A stretch of 64,000 nt of DNA from Leucoraja ocellata. Its lineage: Eukaryota. Shown in pieces: positions 62,172-64,000 of this stretch. Location: positions 4,464,001 through 4,528,000 of the forward strand of contig JAWMAR010000001.1 in assembly GCA_036785375.1 (NCBI GenBank). Direction: 5' to 3'. The first letter of the stretch is position 1. Each line of letters opens with the position of its first letter. A program made the translations under genes and the position numbers. The notes under the pieces are model-generated. The model did no database searches. It had not been told where the DNA came from and worked only from the letters and a program-made list of their open reading frames with translations.

Positions 62172-63125
62172 TTATAAGTTTGCAGATTCTAAAATTTTGT
62201 CCGCAAACAAGTCCTTCTCCATCAGCGGTTTGTGGTAGAATTTTCGGAACGTTGATTCCCTTGACCATCCCGCTGTACTAAGGATGTGGTCTATGGGAAC
62301 CTGCATCCGTTCCGCCGCTGACGTGGACGCTGCCCTGGTAGAATGGGATTTAAAAACATCCGTGTTAATCCCCGCGGCTTTTAAGACCTGTTTCAACCAC
62401 CTAGATATTGTCTGGCTGGTAACCCGTCCAAAAGGCTTTTTGTGGCTGACCCATAAGGCTTTTTCACTCCCTCTAAGCGTTTGGGTTGTGTCTACGTAGT
62501 TGTATAGATGGGTCACTACACACAGCCTAGGTTCTGGAGGATAGGCCCGGAAGATTAACGGAGAGTTGGGCATACCTGGCCTGCTTTGTTTTACCAACCC
62601 CGGCATGGTAAATGTAATGGAATCTGGGGTGGTTACCATGTTGTCCAGTCTTAGTTGATGCAGCGACTGAACCCTTTGTGCAGAGACGAGCGCCATGAGC
62701 ATGAGGGTCTTGATAGTGGACTGCTCCAGACTCAAGGATCCCACCGGAGGCCAACCTCTAAGGTGTGACAAAACTACACTTAAATCCCATACATGGGTGT
62801 ATCTGGGTGTAGGGGGTTTAGTATTATAAATCCCTTTGAGGAGTTTTATAACCAGAGGGTGGGATCCAATGCTGTGATGTCCTGTAGGCATAAGGTAAGC
62901 GGACAGGGCGCTCCGTGCTGCATTGATGGCACTGTAGCTCATCTTTTGGTCATGGTGCAAGTGGGCCAGGAATTCCAGCACGTCCGTGATCGAGGCTGTC
63001 TTGTATGATGTCCCTGCACCCAAGCAGTACTGCTCCCATTTCTTGATGTAGGTCAAGTACTGTTTCTTGGTAGAGACTCGCAGGGACGCCGACATGGTGG
63101 TGATTGTTCGTTCCGATAACCCCAA
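62172..63125 (-). CDS. DIRS tyrosine recombinase (intact ORF; first ATG at 63095)
   Basis: 317 codons without a stop; catalytic signature SAQR, K (VKQ), HSTR, AGW, FRKFY. Confidence 0.92.
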   Translation of the reverse strand: MGLSERTITTMSASLRVSTKKQYLTYIKKWEQYCLGAGTSYKTASITDVLEFLAHLHHDQKMSYSAINAARSALSAYLMPTGHHSIGSHPLVIKLLKGIYNTKPPTPRYTHVWDLSVVLSHLRGWPPVGSLSLEQSTIKTLMLMALVSAQRVQSLHQLRLDNMVTTPDSITFTMPGLVKQSRPGMPNSPLIFRAYPPEPRLCVVTHLYNYVDTTQTLRGSEKALWVSHKKPFGRVTSQTISRWLKQVLKAAGINTDVFKSHSTRAASTSAAERMQVPIDHILSTAGWSRESTFRKFYHKPLMEKDLFADKILESANL

Positions 63126-63142
63126 TCCCTGGTAAGGCCTGT

Positions 63143-64000
63143 TCAGAACCTACAAACCAGGAGTTTCAATTTTTGATGGCATGGATGGCTTATGCCGGAT
63201 ACCGGATGAGTCAATAGTTGTGGGTGGCTGTGAAAAACCATAGGTGACTCTACCACCATGTCGTGGAAAACTGGGAACCATGGTTGGGTAGGCCAGTCGG
63301 GTACGACCAGAATACCTGAAGCCGAGTCTGCTTGTATTTTCTGGAGTACCCGGCTGATGAGGCAGAAGGGAGGGAAAGCATAGAAGAAGAAATTTCCCCA
63401 ATCCAGCGTGAAGGCATCTACCGCTGCTGCCTCTGGGTCTGGTTCCCAAGCCACATACATGGGTAGCTGGTGATTTAATCTAGACGCGAACAAATCTATA
63501 TCTGGCGTACCATATTGCTTAACAATTCTAGCAAATATTTTTGGGTCTAACATCCATTCGATGTTGTCATTGAATTTTCGTGACCTGGTGTCCGCCACTG
63601 TGTTTAGCTTGCCTGGTAAATAGGCAGCTGATAGCCAAATATGTCTCTCGACACACCATTGCCAGATTATAGTAGTCAATTTGTCGCATGATACTGATTT
63701 TATGCCACCCATGTGCCGGATGTAAGACACCGCCGTCGTGTTATCAATCATTAACCTGACATGCACGTGCCTCATATCGGATGCATATGCTTTTAGCCCA
63801 TAAAAGGCGGCTAGCATCTCCAAATAATTTATGCCAAGTGATTGTAGTAGCGATGCCCCTGAATTAGTCCATCTGCCACCTGTGCTGGATATAGAGTTAG
63901 TAGCTCCCCAGCCTAAAGCACTGGCATCCGTTGTAATGGCTATGTTAGGATTGGTGACGGCGATAGGACTGTAACTGTGCCAAATGTTATCCACCCACCA
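63143..64000 (-). CDS. DIRS pol C-terminal part: RNase H + DNA adenine methyltransferase-like domain (5' end outside the window)
   Basis: TTDASALGWG, INYLEMLAA, DNTT, YLPGKLNTVAD, DLFASRLN, DAFTLDW, YAFPPF, PDWPTQPWF. Confidence 0.93.
   Translation of the reverse strand, partial: WWVDNIWHSYSPIAVTNPNIAITTDASALGWGATNSISSTGGRWTNSGASLLQSLGINYLEMLAAFYGLKAYASDMRHVHVRLMIDNTTAVSYIRHMGGIKSVSCDKLTTIIWQWCVERHIWLSAAYLPGKLNTVADTRSRKFNDNIEWMLDPKIFARIVKQYGTPDIDLFASRLNHQLPMYVAWEPDPEAAAVDAFTLDWGNFFFYAFPPFCLISRVLQKIQADSASGILVVPDWPTQPWFPVFHDMVVESPMVFHSHPQLLTHPVSGISHPCHQKLKLLVCRF

Larger units (their letters stand above)
61673..64000 (-). mobile_element. DIRS1-type retrotransposon, copy B (young; 3' portion, continues beyond the window)
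   Basis: Uninterrupted RNase H-MT and YR ORFs, followed by the internal complementary region and the right terminal repeat/extension. Confidence 0.95.

Noticed and set aside
62172-63994. Prophage or bacterial integrase-methyltransferase cassette, or contamination
   Set aside because: The RNase H-MT-YR order with ICR termini is the standard DIRS1 architecture, and it is embedded in vertebrate intron sequence with a paralogous copy in the same window.

Overview
Vertebrate intronic DNA, most likely from an elasmobranch (skate/ray/shark), inferred from HE1-type V-SINEs, HER1/CR1 LINEs and the abundant Penelope-like short repeat. The only host gene I can support is HDAC4 (+ strand): four in-phase GT-AG coding exons at 10819-11088, 39910-40096, 41560-41693 and 55411-55531, running from the acidic linker through the RAQSSP 14-3-3 site into the start of the deacetylase domain. 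Most of the rest is transposon-derived. There are two antisense DIRS1-type tyrosine-recombinase retrotransposons: a decayed, twice-interrupted copy at 1-4860 and a young copy at 61673->64000 with an intact YR ORF and a perfect ICR hairpin. Also present are a head-to-tail Helitron-like array with apparent captured gene fragments (16068-20975), CR1, L1, L2 and Rex1/Babar LINEs, an IR/DR Tc1, several non-autonomous DNA transposons, SINEs, and dispersed short repeats carrying a minimal hammerhead-ribozyme core. The most interesting leads are the hammerhead-bearing repeat, the Helitron array and its captured exon, a possible splicing-based expression scheme for the DIRS recombinase, a modular L2-mobilised non-autonomous element, and a possible MITR-like truncated HDAC4 isoform. 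Family assignments come from motif recognition by eye; no database search was run, and coordinates of decayed repeats are approximate.
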